Assembly: GCA_963422205.2 (NCBI GenBank)
Contig: CAXMWX010000005.1
Span: 1-64,000 of the forward strand
DNA length: 64,000 nt
Reading direction: 5' to 3'
Origin: Gammaproteobacteria bacterium
GTDB lineage: Bacteria; Pseudomonadota; Gammaproteobacteria; Eutrophobiales; Eutrophobiaceae
In this document: in pieces, positions 60,921 to 64,000 of the stretch
How positions within the stretch are numbered: the first letter of the stretch is position 1
How the letters are laid out: each line of letters begins with the position of its first letter
Position numbers and translations under genes: made by a program
The notes under the pieces: model-generated
The model's input: the letters and a program-made list of their open reading frames with translations, nothing else
Told to the model about the DNA's origin: nothing
The model's database searches: none

Positions 60921-60997
60921 GCGCCTGTAGCTCAGTTGGATAGAGTGCTGCCCTCCGAAGGCAGAGGTCACAGGTTCGACTCCTGTCAGGCGCGCCA
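60921..60997 (+). tRNA. tRNA-Arg(CCG)
   Basis: Acceptor GCGCCTG/CAGGCGC-GCCA; anticodon arm CTGCC-CT CCG AA-GGCAG; T loop GGTTCGAC. Confidence 0.97.
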
Positions 60998-61222
60998 CAC
61001 CGACACCAGCCCGCCAGGCTGATCTTTTAAGGATAGCCGGTTCAACTCTACTGTATGCCGTTTCATTGTGCATGGTATAACTTGAGCAGAAAATGGCTTG
61101 CAGGCGTCTGATCATATCTGCCACGGGCATGGCTGTGTCACACAGGATGTAAGGGCTGGCCGATGTTCTGTAGTTGAGCCGGATCGGGTTACAGAGCAGC
61201 AAAACCGCATAGCCTGCCGTGC

Positions 61223-63394
61223 TTAATCACCGCCAGTGATCGGCGGCGTGGGCCTGTAATGTGCTGGCGTTGGCCCTCCCTCGGCCTTGCGGGCGAGCGC
61301 CTCTGCCACTGTTTCCACCTTCACTGCCGCCGCCAGCCCGTCTTTTCTATTGACCTTGACAGCAATCCCCGCACTGTCCGGCGGCGGCATCATGTCGGCA
61401 TGGTAGTAGGCAATCTTGTGCTTTTTCAGATCGATCTGGCGATGCAGATTAAGATCACGTTGATTCACCCCCCTGGTTGGATGCACACAGACACCATCAA
61501 CGATCTCCAAATCCAGCCACCATTTTTTTACCGGATTACGCACACCGTGGCCCAGCAGGTCATCCAGCTTCACCGCAAGCGGCACTAACAGCGGCTTTAG
61601 CCAGAACGCATTCACCCCGCACCAACTGGCAATCTGCGTGGTGATGGGGCCGTCCCAGCTGATCACCTTGTTTAGCGGACAGGTCTTCATGCAGCGACCG
61701 CAGGCCAGGCCGCGCTGATTGGTGATTCGATAACGAGTACAGCGCTCCACATCCGGCTTCCATATTTCATAGCCGTTAAACATCACTTTACCGCCAAACG
61801 GGATCGCATCACAGGGACATTCCCTGGCACACTTGAGACAATGCGAACAAAAATATTGCAGACCAAAATCCACCGGCTTATCAGGGATCAGGGGCAAATC
61901 CGTTGTCATGACGACCGTCTTAAACCTCGGCCCGATAAACGGGTTCAGCACCAACTCACCAATACGACTCAACTCGCCCAGACCAGCCCACAGCACCAGG
62001 GGAATATGCAGTACATGCGAATCGGCATTCGTTTGCGGGCGCGCCGCATGCCCCATCGAGCGGATATGCTCGGCCATGATGCCGGCAATCAATGCACCAC
62101 GCATATACGCACGCATGGACTGTGCGCCGGAGATAAAGTCATCACCGGAGGCGCCCTCCATCGTCTCATACCCCTGATCGATTAAACAGACAACGGCGTA
62201 TTTATGATAAGGGACGATCGCTGTGCCATCCGCATCATGCGAGTACCAGGCATACGGCGGAATCTCACAGATCCCGGTGATCTCTGCGCCCAGCGCATAA
62301 GACAAGGACTTGATCGCTCGGGTATTCGCTTCTGGATCAGCCAGCCCGGCGGCCTGTACCTCAGCCACCTGACCGTCCTGATAAGGCACCATAGCGCTGA
62401 TCTGTTTTACCATGGCACTGGCAAAAGGATGCTTGAATGCAAAGCGGCTTCTTTCTGTCTGCGCTTTTTTGTCGAGATCGCCATGTATTGCCCGCTCAAA
62501 AAATGCCGCACGCTTCGGCACACGCGGTACCTCATCATCCAGGATCAGTGTGGTTGGCCGGGGCTGACGCTGTACCTGCTCCATTGGATAGTTACCCAGA
62601 TCCGTGCGCCGCCGGGCGCAACGCCACCTTTCCAAACCGGAAGTCGCCCCGCCCCAGCCTAACCAATACGCCAGACCTTTTCCATGCAGCGCCGTTGCCG
62701 CTAATGGCGTATCTGTTGCCAGTGAATAATCCGTTGTGAGAACAGCAGCCGCATAATCCGTGCCCAGATACGGATTGACGACTTGCTCGCCGTGGCGCAC
62801 AGCCAAACCACATAACAGGGTGAGACGCACCACATCAACCCGGGTGTTTCTATCGTCATAAGCCGTGGCATCAAAACCCATCGCTCTGATATGGTTCGCC
62901 AGACTGACAACGATCTCAAACGCACGCATCTGTGCGGTGGCATGCACGGCGCCCTGCAACCAGTCATGCGCCGGATTATCGGCCTCCGGCAGACGAGGGT
63001 AGCGGGCAATCACGGCAATGCCGTGGCTGTGTCCGTTTGCTGCTGCCCCCTGATACCAGCAGGGACCCGATAACTCACAGATCCCAACCTGGCTGGCATC
63101 GAGAAAATAGGCCGCCCCTTTAATATCCACACTGCGTGTTTGCAGATCATCAGGTACCGGTGCTTTTGCAGGCGCCACCTCGCCCTCGCTGAACTGCTGG
63201 AAGAGCGCATGGTATTTCGCCAGCGCAGCGGCGTAGTGTGACCTGGCGTTATCTGTAAATGCCGGGGCAGATGCTGGCCTGGCCCGCCGCCCGGCCTGCT
63301 GCTCGGCCAGGCCCGCCTGCACATCACGCGGCAATCGCTCCAGGGGGTACGGCCCCAGATGGAATGGTCGATGCTTGTTGGAAAACAAAACCAT
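61223..63394 (-). CDS. rdhA: Catabolic (NpRdhA-type) cobalamin-dependent reductive dehalogenase
   Basis: RPFHLGPYPLERL, duplicated B12 fold (YFLDASQVGIC / YALGAEITGIC), IDQGYETMEGASGDD..S..QSMRAY, SRIGE, GPRFK, Fe-S motifs CSHCLKCARECP and C...CGRCMKTCP; no Tat signal. Confidence 0.9.
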   Translation of the reverse strand: MVLFSNKHRPFHLGPYPLERLPRDVQAGLAEQQAGRRARPASAPAFTDNARSHYAAALAKYHALFQQFSEGEVAPAKAPVPDDLQTRSVDIKGAAYFLDASQVGICELSGPCWYQGAAANGHSHGIAVIARYPRLPEADNPAHDWLQGAVHATAQMRAFEIVVSLANHIRAMGFDATAYDDRNTRVDVVRLTLLCGLAVRHGEQVVNPYLGTDYAAAVLTTDYSLATDTPLAATALHGKGLAYWLGWGGATSGLERWRCARRRTDLGNYPMEQVQRQPRPTTLILDDEVPRVPKRAAFFERAIHGDLDKKAQTERSRFAFKHPFASAMVKQISAMVPYQDGQVAEVQAAGLADPEANTRAIKSLSYALGAEITGICEIPPYAWYSHDADGTAIVPYHKYAVVCLIDQGYETMEGASGDDFISGAQSMRAYMRGALIAGIMAEHIRSMGHAARPQTNADSHVLHIPLVLWAGLGELSRIGELVLNPFIGPRFKTVVMTTDLPLIPDKPVDFGLQYFCSHCLKCARECPCDAIPFGGKVMFNGYEIWKPDVERCTRYRITNQRGLACGRCMKTCPLNKVISWDGPITTQIASWCGVNAFWLKPLLVPLAVKLDDLLGHGVRNPVKKWWLDLEIVDGVCVHPTRGVNQRDLNLHRQIDLKKHKIAYYHADMMPPPDSAGIAVKVNRKDGLAAAVKVETVAEALARKAEGGPTPAHYRPTPPITGGD

Positions 63395-64000
63395 GATGAC
63401 AGAAAAGCCCTCGGCGCTGCTGTGCTTGATCTTGATAGTAGAGTATGCCAAAAAACACGCCGCCGGTCTAAGAAAACCGGCCTGTGCTTTAGCATTGCGT
63501 AATCAGCGCATTATCGATACGCATATGTGCATAACAGGCCATAATCACCGGCTTGTTTGATGTTGCACAATGGGATGCACAAGATCGTCTGTTGGACTGA
63601 AGAGGTCACGAATTACCCGGAAGTCGCTGGCAAATATATGAGGTATTTTGAACAAAGCCGCCTTGATCAACGCCGTATCCTTGTCACGTCTGGAGAATTT
63701 TGCGCCGTATCATGAGGGCTTTAGCCGTTTGTTTGCCGGGGAAACCATGGACACCGTTGGAAGAAGATACACTGGAGTATATCCCGGTGACAACAGCGCC
63801 GGGTGCTGTATGCCACCTGCAATAAGCTGTCAGAGGGCGATCAGCGCCGTCAATATTATGAAGATAAACGTGCCCGACATAGAAAGAGAAGCACATAAGG
63901 AGTACCGATTTCGGGTGTCATTGTGCATCATCAGAAGCCATACAACCGGGCAACTCTGCCCGCACAGGCTGAGAAAGCGTGAGGGTAAAGCCTTTACCAA

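Noticed and set aside
60921-61220. Island integrated at tRNA-Arg
   Set aside because: No integrase and no repeated tRNA 3' end seen.
63500-64000. Open plus-strand frame running to the window end and a 70-aa minus-strand ORF
   Set aside because: No recognisable motifs or clear start; possibly a decayed gene, but it cannot be supported from this window.

Overview
Gammaproteobacterial chromosomal window, probably from a marine or host-associated organism (inference from gene content). From left to right: (i) the right end of a probable Mu-like prophage (collagen-repeat tail fibre, tail assembly protein, structured leader, D12-class DNA adenine methylase, terminal repeats ending in CA at ~2442); (ii) a cobalamin-salvage gene set (btuCD, btuB under a B12 riboswitch, cobO, cobC-like, btuF) interleaved with the ratA/rnfH-smpB-ssrA locus, with a 6S-like RNA directly behind tmRNA; (iii) an AT-rich glycosyltransferase trio, cspD-like, an RND pump, phnW, trxB and assorted genes, including a nonsense-interrupted methylase-Mrr fusion; (iv) a ~21 kb signalling supercluster (35.4-56.1 kb) joining a Pil-Chp-like chemosensory operon and a CheYAW-STAS-RDB operon lacking a full-length MCP to two receiver-Ser/Thr kinase hybrids and a degenerate REC-GGDEF-EAL protein, where these three outputs share a distinctive receiver-domain signature; (v) an orphan PrnB-like gene, tRNA-Arg(CCG) and an NpRdhA-type catabolic reductive dehalogenase. 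Three genes carry single inactivating lesions and short tandem duplications are common. All protein calls rest on motif recognition by eye; no database searches were run.
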